The position numbers and the translations under genes are program-made. Positions 29,115 through 38,879 of a stretch of 64,000 nt of DNA are shown here, in pieces (within the stretch, counting starts at the first letter, position 1; each line of letters opens with the position of its first letter). The DNA lies in the NCBI GenBank assembly GCA_030628945.1, contig DAOVPY010000001.1, forward strand, positions 51,302 to 115,301, in the 5' to 3' direction. The stretch is from Candidatus Nealsonbacteria bacterium (GTDB lineage Bacteria; Patescibacteriota; Minisyncoccia; Minisyncoccales; DAOVPY01). Under the pieces are notes generated by a model. It had not been told where the DNA came from, searched no databases, and worked only from the letters and a program-made list of their open reading frames with translations.

Positions 29115-31982
29115 TTTCCGACACCGGGCGCGCAAAATCAATCAGACGACCCGGACGACCCGGACGACCCGGAACCAGAACCTTTAGCGCAAATTCTCAT
29201 TACCGAGGTTCAAATTTGGGGTGATGAAAATAATTATGATTTTGTTGAATTTTACAATCCTGCTGCTGTCAGTGTGGATATTTCTGATTTCCAGTTGAAA
29301 AAGAGGAATAAGAAAGGCACAGAAGAATCAGTTGCTAAAGAACCTTTTCAGGGGGTTTCAATTTCCGCGCAATCCTATTTTCTCTGGGTAAATTCTGAAT
29401 ACGCGCAGGCGAGTTCTACCCAAATTTCAGCAGACGCCACTACTACTCAAACATTAGCCCGAAATAATAGCATCGCGCTTTTAGATAAAGATAAAAATGT
29501 CATTGACGCTGTTGCATGGGGCGATAGCGTTGAGCCATTTTGCGAAAATTCTCCTTTTTCCCAAAATCCGAACAAAAATCAAACTCTGGGCAGGAAATGG
29601 TCTGCGTCAGATGAAAATTATATTGACACAAATAATAATTCCCTTGATTTTGAAATTCAGTTTTCAACGCCAGGAACCAAAAATCAAAATTTTCTTGTGT
29701 GGCTTAACGAGCTTGCTTCCCAAGAAAGTTATTTATCAAATCAAATCAATTTCACGCTCCATTGGCAATCTTTGGACTTGAATTTTAGCAGTTATTTAGT
29801 GGAATATAAAAGCCAGGGAGGGGAGGATTGGCAGGAATTTTATCAGGGAGATTCATTAGAAAAAGAATTTATATCCCAAAAGGACTATGTTAATTATTAT
29901 TTCAAAGTAAAAGTCCTAAACCAAAATAATAATAATATTTTACAGCAAAAAGAAATAGAAATTTCAGTAGCCAGTTTGCCGGTTTCTTTGAACGAAATAA
30001 TGTACGCTCCGCAGGATTCGGAAAAAGATGATTATTGCGAATATATTGAACTTTACAATAATACTTCAAAACCTATCGATTTAAGGGGTTGGATTTTGAG
30101 TGTGTGGGGCAGTCCTGTGGCGCGATTTCCTCAACAAGAGGAATTAGAACTTGCGGAGGATATTCAGAATAATGGCAGTTCCTTAATTATAAAAGCTGGC
30201 GGTTTTGCTCTTATTAGCGGCGATGTTTCCAGCGACAAAAGTATTTATTCGGGATTTTGCGAATATGAAATCCCGGAATATTCTGAAAATGTGATTCGTT
30301 TAAAAACAAAAGGCGCCAGCTTAAAATTGCCCAATACCGGGCAGGGCCATATTTGGTTAAAAAATCCTCAGGAGCAAATTATTGATGATGTTTTATACAA
30401 CGCCTGCAATCTTCCTGCTCAGGGCTGTTGGGGAGCCGTGGGAAACGGAAAATCCCTTCAAAAATCACGTCCAACTCATTCTTCAGTTATAAACGACAAT
30501 TGGGAGGAAGCGCTGCCCGGTCCCGGGATACAAAATCAAAATTACGATCCTGATTCTTTCAATATTTTACCGAACTGGCAGCCAAGCGAAGATTATAATA
30601 TTTTCTCTCAAAAAGCAGGGCATTATTTATTTAAAGGAAATTTTCAGGTACCGGAAGGAAAGACATTAATTATTGAGCCAGGAGTTGAAGTTTATTTCGG
30701 TTCGCGCGGCGGCCATTCATATAATGAGACCGGCTGGTTAACGATTAAAGGAACATTAAAAGCAATCGGCAATTCACAAAACAGAATTATTTTTGCCGGC
30801 CAATCCAGCAGCACCTGGCCCGGAATTTTCTTTGAAGAAACCAGTACCGGCTCTGAATTAAATTGGGTTGAGGTTTCTCATGCCGGATGGCAGACCATCG
30901 GCACCCCGCAAACTTACAATTTTATTAACGGCCAGGCAGTCTATATTAAGGATACCGATGTTATGCTCAAAAATCTTGTTTTAAAGAGAAATCGCCACAC
31001 CGGCATTATCTTGAATAATTCAAATTCCCATTTGGAAAATATTGAGGTCTCAATGTCCGATGGGGAATGCTCCTTAACAAATTCCGCGGCCGTCTATATT
31101 TCCGGTGGTTCGCCTTTAATAAAAAATTCAATTTTCAAGGGACATCCTTTTGCTATATATATGTATAGCGCGGATTGTCCCCAAATTGAACAAAATACTT
31201 TTCAGGAAAATAAAATTCCGGTTTTTATCAACAGCTCTTATCCGATTTTTTCGCAGAACCGAATAATCAACAATCTAATCAGCGGAGTATTTATAACCGG
31301 TTCCTTAGACACCACTACCTGGCAGGCGCCGGGCGAAAATTTTCCTTATGTTGTTGACGGAGCGTTAGAAATTAAACAGGGCGCTACCTTATTTATAAAA
31401 TCGGGCGTTGTGATTAAATTTAATAATAATTCCAAATTAAATGTAAAGGGCGCGCTCTTAACCCAGGGAGACGGAGAACCGATTGTTTTTACTTCAATTC
31501 GCGATGATGATTATGCGGGAGACACCAATCAGGACGCTACATCAACTATTCCTTCACAGGGTCAGTGGGACGGTATTGTTTTCACTTCGTCTTTTGGTTC
31601 AGTCCTGGAAAATGTTATTGTAAGATACGGGGGAAAAGCAAACACAGAGTTTAGCTTTAGCAGAGGCGCTTTAACTTTGGAAAACAGCAAAGTTCAAATT
31701 AAAAATGCTTCTATTACAGATAATTTGTTAGCCGGCGTTCAAATCCACAACTCTACTTCTACTTTTGAAAATGTTGTTTTTAGAAATCATAATAAGAATT
31801 GGAGTAATAAGTGGTATCCTTCGGTTGGATTATATATAATAGAGTCCGCGGATTTGAGTTTTTTCAACACTTTGTTCGAAAACAATACTCATGATATCTA
31901 TTGGCCCGATGGTGGAGATGAATGTCAGGCATTGGCAAGCAGTACGGATTGGGGCGTTGAATGCTCACGGGTTCTTTGGTAG
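29115..31982 (+). CDS. Continuation of the LTD surface protein: two more LTD domains plus a C-terminal right-handed parallel beta-helix region
   Basis: Same reading frame as 26826..29114 with no stop between 29115 and the track ATG at 29274. LTD signatures ILITEVQIWGDENNYDFVEFYNPAAVSVDISDFQL and LNEIMYAPQDSEKDDYCEYIELYNNTSKPIDLRGWIL. Beta-helix-like repeats (NSxxxNNxI.G). Confidence 0.55.
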   Translation, partial: FPTPGAQNQSDDPDDPDDPEPEPLAQILITEVQIWGDENNYDFVEFYNPAAVSVDISDFQLKKRNKKGTEESVAKEPFQGVSISAQSYFLWVNSEYAQASSTQISADATTTQTLARNNSIALLDKDKNVIDAVAWGDSVEPFCENSPFSQNPNKNQTLGRKWSASDENYIDTNNNSLDFEIQFSTPGTKNQNFLVWLNELASQESYLSNQINFTLHWQSLDLNFSSYLVEYKSQGGEDWQEFYQGDSLEKEFISQKDYVNYYFKVKVLNQNNNNILQQKEIEISVASLPVSLNEIMYAPQDSEKDDYCEYIELYNNTSKPIDLRGWILSVWGSPVARFPQQEELELAEDIQNNGSSLIIKAGGFALISGDVSSDKSIYSGFCEYEIPEYSENVIRLKTKGASLKLPNTGQGHIWLKNPQEQIIDDVLYNACNLPAQGCWGAVGNGKSLQKSRPTHSSVINDNWEEALPGPGIQNQNYDPDSFNILPNWQPSEDYNIFSQKAGHYLFKGNFQVPEGKTLIIEPGVEVYFGSRGGHSYNETGWLTIKGTLKAIGNSQNRIIFAGQSSSTWPGIFFEETSTGSELNWVEVSHAGWQTIGTPQTYNFINGQAVYIKDTDVMLKNLVLKRNRHTGIILNNSNSHLENIEVSMSDGECSLTNSAAVYISGGSPLIKNSIFKGHPFAIYMYSADCPQIEQNTFQENKIPVFINSSYPIFSQNRIINNLISGVFITGSLDTTTWQAPGENFPYVVDGALEIKQGATLFIKSGVVIKFNNNSKLNVKGALLTQGDGEPIVFTSIRDDDYAGDTNQDATSTIPSQGQWDGIVFTSSFGSVLENVIVRYGGKANTEFSFSRGALTLENSKVQIKNASITDNLLAGVQIHNSTSTFENVVFRNHNKNWSNKWYPSVGLYIIESADLSFFNTLFENNTHDIYWPDGGDECQALASSTDWGVECSRVLW

Positions 31983-32007
31983 AATTTATGAAATAACGGA
32001 CATATAA

Positions 32008-32035
32008 AATAGTTGGACATCGTATGTCCAACTAT
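32008..32035. repeat. 28-bp perfect palindrome AATAGTTGGACAT-CG-TATGTCCAACTATT
   Basis: Direct read, between the LTD protein gene and the 32070 gene. Confidence 0.8.
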
Positions 32036-32069
32036 TGCGTTGTATTCTCTAACAGTGTAGAATTTAAAA

Positions 32070-32633
32070 ATGTATAAAGAATATTGTCTCAAACTTACAT
32101 TGGCGATTTATCGGGTAACAGCGCGTTTTCCAAAAGACGAACCCCTGAAAAATAAAATAAGAGAAAAAGCCAACGAGGTTTTGGTCGGTTTGATTTTGGC
32201 TAATCCTTGTCCTTCTCCTTTAATAAAAAAGAAATTATTGAAAGACACTGAAATTCTTGACAATTATTTTCAGATAGCGCAAAACCAAAATTGGGTTGAT
32301 TCCCGCAATTTTTTGTTTTTAGAAAAAGAATATGATAGAATAAAAAACAGGGTTGAGGAAGCTGATCAGACCCCGCAAAGCTCGCTTTCGCTCGCCGCGG
32401 GGCGAATGGATAAGACCGACAGGGTTAATAGAGCTTACGCGCTATTGCCCCGGCATAAAAGAATTTTAGAGATTTTAAGAGAGAAAGGCAAAGCCCAGGT
32501 TCATGATTTTCAAAAAATTTTTCCAGAAATAACCAAAAGAACCTTGCGGCGAGATTTTGAATTTTTATTACACCAAAACATAATTAAAAGAAATGGAGAA
32601 AAGAATAATACATTTTATAAATTAGCAATTTAG
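32070..32633 (+). CDS. Hypothetical protein: N-terminal four-helix-bundle domain (23S rRNA IVS-protein-like, TIGR02436-like) fused to a C-terminal DeoR-like HTH
   Basis: EYCLKLTLAIYRVTARFPKDEPLKNKIREKANEVLVGLI resembles the four-helix-bundle family. RHKRILEILREKGKAQVHDFQKIFPEITKRTLRRDFEFLLHQNIIKR resembles the DeoR HTH. Confidence 0.35.
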   Translation: MYKEYCLKLTLAIYRVTARFPKDEPLKNKIREKANEVLVGLILANPCPSPLIKKKLLKDTEILDNYFQIAQNQNWVDSRNFLFLEKEYDRIKNRVEEADQTPQSSLSLAAGRMDKTDRVNRAYALLPRHKRILEILREKGKAQVHDFQKIFPEITKRTLRRDFEFLLHQNIIKRNGEKNNTFYKLAI

Positions 32634-32635
32634 AA

Positions 32636-32694
32636 AGGTAGGACATAGATAGGACATTGATAAAAATAGTTTATGTCCTATCTATGTCCTACCT
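32636..32694. repeat. Long perfect palindrome (22-bp arms AGGTAGGACATAGATAGGACAT / ATGTCCTATCTATGTCCTACCT, 15-nt AT loop)
   Basis: Direct read; possible terminator or operator. Confidence 0.8.
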
Positions 32695-32720
32695 CTTAAT
32701 CTAAAATTAAGTTAAATTAA

Positions 32721-32752
32721 GGGCGTTGCTTAACTCGGTTAAGCAATAGCCC
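32721..32752. promoter_or_regulatory. 32-bp palindromic 5'-leader element GGGCGTTGCTTAAC-TCG-GTTAAGCAATAGCCC, 18 nt upstream of the ECF sigma ATG
   Basis: Direct read; a near-identical element sits upstream of the GT4 gene at 42891-42922. Confidence 0.6.
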
Positions 32753-32770
32753 TGATTGGAGTGTAATATT

Positions 32771-33274
32771 ATGTCACACCCTAAAAGGATTTTTGAAGAC
32801 ATCTATAACCAATATATTGAGAAGATTTTCCGTTTTATCTTTTTTAGAGTTAATTCTCAAGAAAAAGCCGAAGACATCAGCTCAGAGGTGTTTTCGCGTT
32901 ATTGGCAGCAGCTTAAAAAAGGACTAAAAATTGAAAATCCCTCTGCCTTTTTATACAAGGTTGCCCGCAACCTGGTCACTGATTATTACCGGGAAAAGGG
33001 CAGGGCGCAAATGGTTTCCTTGGATAATTGTCCTCCTGAAGAAATAAACGACCCTAATTCTAATATAGTCCAGCAAGCGGTCTTGAGGTCTGATTTCAAC
33101 ACTATTTTAAGCGCGATGACAAATTTAAAACAGGATTATCAGGAAATAATTATTTGGCGCTATTTAGACGAATTATCCATCCCGGAAATAGCTAAAATGC
33201 TTAATAAATCAGAGGGCGCGATAAGAGTAATGCTTTGTCGGGCGCTAAAAGTCCTAAAAAATCAACTTAAATAA
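32771..33274 (+). CDS. ECF-type RNA polymerase sigma factor (sigma-70 family, regions 2 and 4)
   Basis: Region 2 (YIEKIFRFIFFRVNSQEKAEDISSEVF) and region 4 HTH (LDELSIPEIAKMLNKSEGAIRVMLCRALKVL). The ORF-track TTG start at 32756 is replaced by the ATG at 32771 (GGAG 10 nt upstream). Confidence 0.8.
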   Translation: MSHPKRIFEDIYNQYIEKIFRFIFFRVNSQEKAEDISSEVFSRYWQQLKKGLKIENPSAFLYKVARNLVTDYYREKGRAQMVSLDNCPPEEINDPNSNIVQQAVLRSDFNTILSAMTNLKQDYQEIIIWRYLDELSIPEIAKMLNKSEGAIRVMLCRALKVLKNQLK

Positions 33275-33328
33275 ATGAACTTAAATAGGCGTAACAAAAG
33301 CCCTTATTTTTCGTCATAATATCAAAGG

Positions 33329-34090
33329 ATGACTGATCAGGAACTTATTCAAAAAATTAAAGAATTGAAGCAAATTAAACCCAGCCAGGACTGGGTCGTT
33401 TCGTGTAAAAACCGAATTTTAAGCGAAGAACAAGAGAACAGAGAATTTGAACAAAGCCCGGCTTTGACCAATTTTGGGTTTTTGCGGTTTGTTTCTGATT
33501 TTGTCAGGGATTATAAATTAACCCTTAAACCGGTGTTAGTTACTGCTGTTTGTTTTGGAATTATAGTGGGGCTTTTCGGTTTTACCCAAAACACCGTGCC
33601 AGGCGATTTTTTCTATTCCGTAAAGAAAGTAAAGGAAATCACTCAGGTCGCTTTTTCTCCTGACGGGCAGAAGTCAATAGTTTATCTTCAATTTGCCAAT
33701 AAGCGGTTAGAGGACTTAAAAAAGATTGCGGAAAGCAATGATGTAAGGAATTTGGCTCCCTGTCTTGAGGACTTTCAGGCGAATATCTCTGAAGCGGCAA
33801 AGGATTTAGTAAAAATAGATGTGAACGTTACCAGTTCAGACCCGAGCATAATCAAAGGTATTGTTAAGCAGACCCAGGAATTAGAAAAGAAAAAAGCGGA
33901 AGTTAAGACATTTGGCATTGTGCTGGGCGAGAACAAAGAATGGGAAAACGCTGTCGCTGATTTTGTGGAAACGCAAATTAATGGATTGGAAGGCATGGTT
34001 GAGAAAGAGCAGTTGGAAGAAATCAAGCAACTTGAGCAGGAAGGAAATTTCACCGCAGCCCTGGAAAAGATTTTATTTTTGAGTTATTAA
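33329..34090 (+). CDS. Putative anti-sigma factor / DUF5667-like membrane protein
   Basis: Immediately downstream of the ECF sigma gene. Cytoplasmic N-terminus, single TM (VLVTAVCFGIIVGLFGF), extracytoplasmic helical domain. Confidence 0.35.
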   Translation: MTDQELIQKIKELKQIKPSQDWVVSCKNRILSEEQENREFEQSPALTNFGFLRFVSDFVRDYKLTLKPVLVTAVCFGIIVGLFGFTQNTVPGDFFYSVKKVKEITQVAFSPDGQKSIVYLQFANKRLEDLKKIAESNDVRNLAPCLEDFQANISEAAKDLVKIDVNVTSSDPSIIKGIVKQTQELEKKKAEVKTFGIVLGENKEWENAVADFVETQINGLEGMVEKEQLEEIKQLEQEGNFTAALEKILFLSY

Positions 34091-34233
34091 AATTAAAAAT
34101 CAGGAGGTCGTTAATCCGCTTTTTTTGGATGTCGCGTTAAGCGCTAAAAAGAAATTTCTAATATCCAAAAGCAGCGGCTCGGTCGATAACGACAATAGAA
34201 ATAATAGTAAAAAGTCGATTAAAAAATTATTTA

Positions 34234-34306
34234 CTCTGTTAAATACCCGGCCCTTCTGCGAAAGGCCGGGTGTCCCGCTAAAAGCGGGGCGTTTAACAGG
34301 GTGAAC
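34234..34306. repeat. Small palindromic element with (C)TCTGTTAAAT / GTTTAACAGGGTGAAC termini and two internal GC hairpins (family copy 3)
   Basis: tCTGTTAAATa-cccggcccttctgcgaaaggccggg-tgt-cccgctaaaagcgggg-cGTTTAACAGGGTGAAC, immediately upstream of the giant surface protein gene. Confidence 0.7.
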
Positions 34307-37300
34307 GAAAAAATAAAAATGTCTAATTTAGTAAAAAAGATTGTAGCGACTGCCACGGCTCTTACTTGCGCCGTAATGATGCTGGCTCCAGTAGGGGTTC
34401 AGGCTCTTACCGCGGAAGAACTTCAGGAACAGATTACTCTTCTGATGGCTCAATTAACCGAGCTGCAGGACCAATTAGCTGTTTTAGAAGGTGAAGAACC
34501 GGAAGTAGCAGAAGTTACTATTGAAGGCGTTCCCGCTGATTTTACTTTTGAGACCAATCTTTCTCAGGGAATGAGCGGAGATGAATGTAAATACCTTCAA
34601 ATCGTGTTGAATTCCGACGTTGACACCCAATTGGGTGAAACCGGCGTTGGTTCTGCTGGATATGAAACAACCTATTTTGGTCCTTTGACCAAAGGAGCGG
34701 TTGTTCTTTTTCAGGAGAAATACACTGAAGATGTTTTGGCTTACTGGAATTTGACTTCCGGCACAGGTTATGTCGGTTCAACAACCAGAGCCAAACTAAA
34801 CGAACTTTTAGCAGCTGTAGTAATTCCGGTAATTCCTGTAACTCCTGCTGGCTGTGAATGTACGGTTTGGGTAGATGATGTTTGTGGAGGCGGAGATTGT
34901 TCAGCTGATGAAATGCAGCAAACCCGAACTTGTACTCCTGAAGAAGGAGCTGAAGAGGATGTTTGCGAAGGTACTGTTGTAAGTCAATGCGTAGCGGATT
35001 CATCCTGCGTAGTTGCTGAAGATATTACTATTAGTTTAGCCGCTGACACGCCTGGCACGAGCCAAGTGGCAAAAAACGCGCAAGATGTGATTTTCACCAA
35101 AGTGAAATTCACCGGCGGCACAAGCGGAGTAACTGTAAGCAAAGTAATAGTGGCGCGGGGCGGTGTTTCAGCAGACGCTGATGTTGCTTCCATTAAATTA
35201 TACGATGGAGCGACTAGACTTGGTTCAACTCAGGCGCTGAATACCCTTACCCACAAAGCAACATTTTCCAGTTTGTCCTGGGAAATCCCGGCTGGAGAGA
35301 CCAAATACTTAACTATTAAAGGAAGTATTGCCACTTCTCCGACAGTCGGTGATTCCGTGAGATTAGGAATTGCTTTGGCTACCGATGTTACGGCTGACCA
35401 GGTTCTTACCGGCGTTTACCCAATTTGGGGAAAATCAAAGACCATTGCCGGTATTTCCGTAGGCGGGCTTGATGTAACCAAACAGACCTCGCCGGCAGAG
35501 GCAACGATTTTATCCGGCGCTGTTGACCAGGATATTGCCGCGTGGAAGTTTTACGCCAGCACTACCGAAGGTTTTTCTATTTCTCAAATTATTGTTACCC
35601 ATGTGGGTTCCGCGACTGTCAATGACGTCAAGAACATCAAATTAAAGGTTTCCGGAGTTCAAATTGGAGAAACAATAGAAACGTTAGACAGCCAGAATAA
35701 AGCTGTGTTTGACTTATCATCTCCTTTGGTTCTTAACGCGGCAACGAGCAAGATTGTCCACGCTCATTGCGATGTCGCTGGAGGAATTTGGACATCCAGA
35801 ACAATTAAATTTGAAATTACCCAATACACTGATGTTACGGCTTACGGAGCCAATTCCGGCGGCGCGACTGTTATTACCACCGACCCATTTGCTACTTACA
35901 CCAAACAGACAGGTAATCTGATGACTATTGGACAGGGCAGTTTGACTGTGGCGGTTGACGCGGCTCTGAATCCAGCGGCGCAGACATATGTGAAAGGAAC
36001 CACTGAAAGGGATTTTGTAGCTTACAAGTTCACTACCGGCTCAAGAGAAGGAGTGAGAGTGACTAAACTGCGGTTCAAATTAGAGTCTGCTGACGGAGCC
36101 ATTACCGGTTCTGCGACTGATATTTCCAATATCACTCTTTGGGACGGCACTACTCAGGTTGGCGGCACTGCCAGCGTAATTGGTTCTTACGTTACTTTTG
36201 GAGCCAACACAGTTGGCTATGACGTTTCCGGCTTATTTGATGTAGAGAAATCCACGAACAAGACCATTGTGTTAAAAGCGGATATTCCTTCAGGAGCCAC
36301 TTCGGACCATACATTGGCTTTGGAACTTGACACATATACTGATATTTGGATTGACGGTTTATCCTCGGAATACGATATTGACCAAACTGCCACTAACATC
36401 GTTCTTACAGGCACTGGCAAGAGACATACTGTTTCCGGCAGCGGCAGTTTAGCGGTTTCTTTATCGGCCAACACGCCTCCTGCTCAGACATATGTGATTG
36501 GTTCTACCGAGAAAGAATTTACCAGGATTAATCTTACCGCCGGTTCTGGCGAAGACATTCTGGTTACCGCAATCACCTTGGATATTTTGTCAAATACTAA
36601 TATTGCCAGTACAGGCGCTCATCTTATTAACGTAAAATTGGTGAACGCGGCTGATGGAGTTCAATTTGGTTCTACTGTGCCCAATCCAAGCGCTACCGCC
36701 GACTTTACCGGCAATATCACTGTTCCGGCTTCAGGCACAGTAAGCTTAAAAGCCATTGCGAATGTTCCGACAACAAATTATCCTGTTCCTAATTCTTCAA
36801 TTGAGATAGCGTCTGGAGCTACCGGCGGCACAGTGATAGCCGACGCCATAGAGTCAACAGGCGTTTATTCTTCGGCAACTATTACCGAGACCGGTTCTGC
36901 AGACGGCAAGAATATTACTATTAGCGCTGGTGGTTTGACTGTCGCGGCTGCGGCAAGTCCGGCTGACCAGACCCTGATTAAGGGAGCCAGCGAGGTTCCT
37001 TTTGTCGGGTTGGTAATGACCGCTGACACTGCGGAAGATGTGAGAGTTACTTATATTAAGTTGACTGTTAACACCGAGGGCGCTGCTGGATTGGCTTCTA
37101 CCACTGATATTTCCAATATCGGACTTTACGACGGCGACACTCGCTTGACTGTTAAAAAGAATTTAACTGTTTCTGCCGAAACAACCTATCCAGGGTCAGT
37201 CCATCACACTGTTGCTTATACTGCTTCTGATTTCCTGAATTCTCAGGGTATTACCGTTACCAAGGGCCAGCAAAAAACCATTACGGTAAAAGCTGACCTG

Positions 37301-38749
37301 CCGAGCACTGCCGGAACCGACCACATAGTTGTGTTAGGCGTTAGTTCCACTGATCACTTTGTATGCAGCGGGCTTTCTTCCAACACAGAGATTTCCGAGA
37401 CCTTAACAAAGAGTCCGGATAGCACTCATAGCACAGGCGTTAACATTGACAGCGATACCGTGCCTACTGACGCTTATGTTCATGCAGTTACAATCAAAGC
37501 GGCAGGGAGTTTGAGCATGGTAAATAATCCCAACAAGCCGGTTACCGCTATTCACGCTGTTGGCAGCGAAGGAAGCACCCTGGCGGATATTGCTTTCCAC
37601 AAGGTTGACTTTACCGCGGCCATGGAAGACATCTATGTTAAGAGTATTAGCGTGGAGAGAAGCGGCGGGTCAGACGCTGACTTTGGAGCGATTTCTATTT
37701 GGGACGGTTCCACCCAGTTGGGTTCAGACCAGACCTTTGTTGGCGCTACCACGACCTTTAGTTTCCCTGAAAGTTCTTACTGGACCCTGTCTAAGGGCGT
37801 GAAAAAGACCTTAACTATTAAAGCAGACCTTAAGGGCGTGAAGACCAGCATTGGTTATGGTTCAGATTCAGGAGACGCTCCTTTGATTCGCTTGGACAGA
37901 GTGACTGTTCAAGGAGTAAGTTCAGGCAGCGTTACTCCCAATGGCTATGACACCTATGATTTGGAAGGTAATGTCCAGTATCTCAGGCAGTCCAAACCAA
38001 CATTGGCAGCGGCAAGTTTGCCAAGCACTGTTTTAACAGCAGGCGGCGGCAAAGTCCTTTACAGATGGACTGTAACTGCTGATTCAAAAGGCGATATTGG
38101 CTGGAAAATGGTTGGTTTCAACATTACTGGTATGCTGGGAAGCAAGTCAATCAAGGCATCAACCACGGCTCCATACACTAATGGAACTACTGACGGCGTC
38201 TACATTGACGAGACAAGCGCGATGACCAAGATGATTAACAACTTTAAGGTTTGGAATTTGACTGACAATGTGCATGTAACCGCTACCGCAACTGATTATG
38301 ACGGCACCAGCGTTTCCAGCACCTGCGGCGCTATTCTTAGAGCCGACGCTGACGCTGGCACTGGCTACAATATCATCTTTGTTGCTGGTACCGAGCAAGT
38401 TATTGCCTCCGGGGCTACCCGAAGCTATGAATTGAGAGCTGATATTTTGACTAACAAAGCATTAGCGGTAGGCGATACTATCTCTACTAAGATTGACAAC
38501 CTGACTACTGCTACTGCTTACGCCACAACAAGCGATTATCTCAGTGTTTCCAGAAATCCGGTTAGCTTTGTTTCAGAATATGAGATATGGATGGACAATT
38601 ACGCTACAAGCAGTATTTCCTTTATCTGGACTGACAGGTCGTCCACTGATACCAATGGCGTGATTAATCACACCCGCAACACCAGCGACTGGACTAATGA
38701 TTTGAAAGTTAGTGGTTTGCCAGCAAGCGTTCTTAGCATGACTAAGTAA
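34301..38749 (+). CDS. Giant (1,482 aa) Thr/Ser/Gly/Ala/Val-rich cell-surface repeat protein (S-layer/adhesin-like) with N-terminal signal peptide, coiled coil and peptidoglycan-binding-like domain
   Basis: Signal peptide (VATATALTCAVMMLAPVGVQA). Coiled coil (LQEQITLLMAQLTELQDQLAVLE). PG_binding_1-like segment (YLQIVLNS...GYFGPLTKGAVVLFQEKY). Many ~100-aa beta-rich repeats (ITLWDGTTQ..., IKLYDGATRL..., ISIWDGSTQL...). Confidence 0.6.
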   Translation: MNEKIKMSNLVKKIVATATALTCAVMMLAPVGVQALTAEELQEQITLLMAQLTELQDQLAVLEGEEPEVAEVTIEGVPADFTFETNLSQGMSGDECKYLQIVLNSDVDTQLGETGVGSAGYETTYFGPLTKGAVVLFQEKYTEDVLAYWNLTSGTGYVGSTTRAKLNELLAAVVIPVIPVTPAGCECTVWVDDVCGGGDCSADEMQQTRTCTPEEGAEEDVCEGTVVSQCVADSSCVVAEDITISLAADTPGTSQVAKNAQDVIFTKVKFTGGTSGVTVSKVIVARGGVSADADVASIKLYDGATRLGSTQALNTLTHKATFSSLSWEIPAGETKYLTIKGSIATSPTVGDSVRLGIALATDVTADQVLTGVYPIWGKSKTIAGISVGGLDVTKQTSPAEATILSGAVDQDIAAWKFYASTTEGFSISQIIVTHVGSATVNDVKNIKLKVSGVQIGETIETLDSQNKAVFDLSSPLVLNAATSKIVHAHCDVAGGIWTSRTIKFEITQYTDVTAYGANSGGATVITTDPFATYTKQTGNLMTIGQGSLTVAVDAALNPAAQTYVKGTTERDFVAYKFTTGSREGVRVTKLRFKLESADGAITGSATDISNITLWDGTTQVGGTASVIGSYVTFGANTVGYDVSGLFDVEKSTNKTIVLKADIPSGATSDHTLALELDTYTDIWIDGLSSEYDIDQTATNIVLTGTGKRHTVSGSGSLAVSLSANTPPAQTYVIGSTEKEFTRINLTAGSGEDILVTAITLDILSNTNIASTGAHLINVKLVNAADGVQFGSTVPNPSATADFTGNITVPASGTVSLKAIANVPTTNYPVPNSSIEIASGATGGTVIADAIESTGVYSSATITETGSADGKNITISAGGLTVAAAASPADQTLIKGASEVPFVGLVMTADTAEDVRVTYIKLTVNTEGAAGLASTTDISNIGLYDGDTRLTVKKNLTVSAETTYPGSVHHTVAYTASDFLNSQGITVTKGQQKTITVKADLPSTAGTDHIVVLGVSSTDHFVCSGLSSNTEISETLTKSPDSTHSTGVNIDSDTVPTDAYVHAVTIKAAGSLSMVNNPNKPVTAIHAVGSEGSTLADIAFHKVDFTAAMEDIYVKSISVERSGGSDADFGAISIWDGSTQLGSDQTFVGATTTFSFPESSYWTLSKGVKKTLTIKADLKGVKTSIGYGSDSGDAPLIRLDRVTVQGVSSGSVTPNGYDTYDLEGNVQYLRQSKPTLAAASLPSTVLTAGGGKVLYRWTVTADSKGDIGWKMVGFNITGMLGSKSIKASTTAPYTNGTTDGVYIDETSAMTKMINNFKVWNLTDNVHVTATATDYDGTSVSSTCGAILRADADAGTGYNIIFVAGTEQVIASGATRSYELRADILTNKALAVGDTISTKIDNLTTATAYATTSDYLSVSRNPVSFVSEYEIWMDNYATSSISFIWTDRSSTDTNGVINHTRNTSDWTNDLKVSGLPASVLSMTK

Positions 38750-38807
38750 AGATAGATTATTGCTTTATGACCCGCGCCTTTCTCCTTGTGTAAGGTTGAG
38801 CGGGATA

Positions 38808-38859
38808 ACCCCCTCCTTTTCGCACTTGCGCAAAAGGAGGGGGTTTTGTTTTATTTTTT
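38808..38859 (+). terminator. Strong rho-independent terminator after the giant surface protein gene
   Basis: AACCCCCTCCTTTT-CGCACTTGCG-CAAAAGGAGGGGGTT followed by TTGTTTTATTTTTT. Confidence 0.8.
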
Positions 38860-38879
38860 GGATGTGGTAAAATAAATAA

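Noticed and set aside
29141-29175. GACGACCCG x3 nonamer repeat
   Set aside because: It is an in-frame coding repeat (DDPDDPDDP) in the acidic linker of the LTD protein; it is not a contingency repeat, since the unit is a multiple of 3.
32756-32770. TTG start of the ECF sigma ORF (MECNIM...)
   Set aside because: An ATG at 32771 with a GGAG 10 nt upstream is more plausible. The TTG lies within 4 nt of the conserved leader palindrome.
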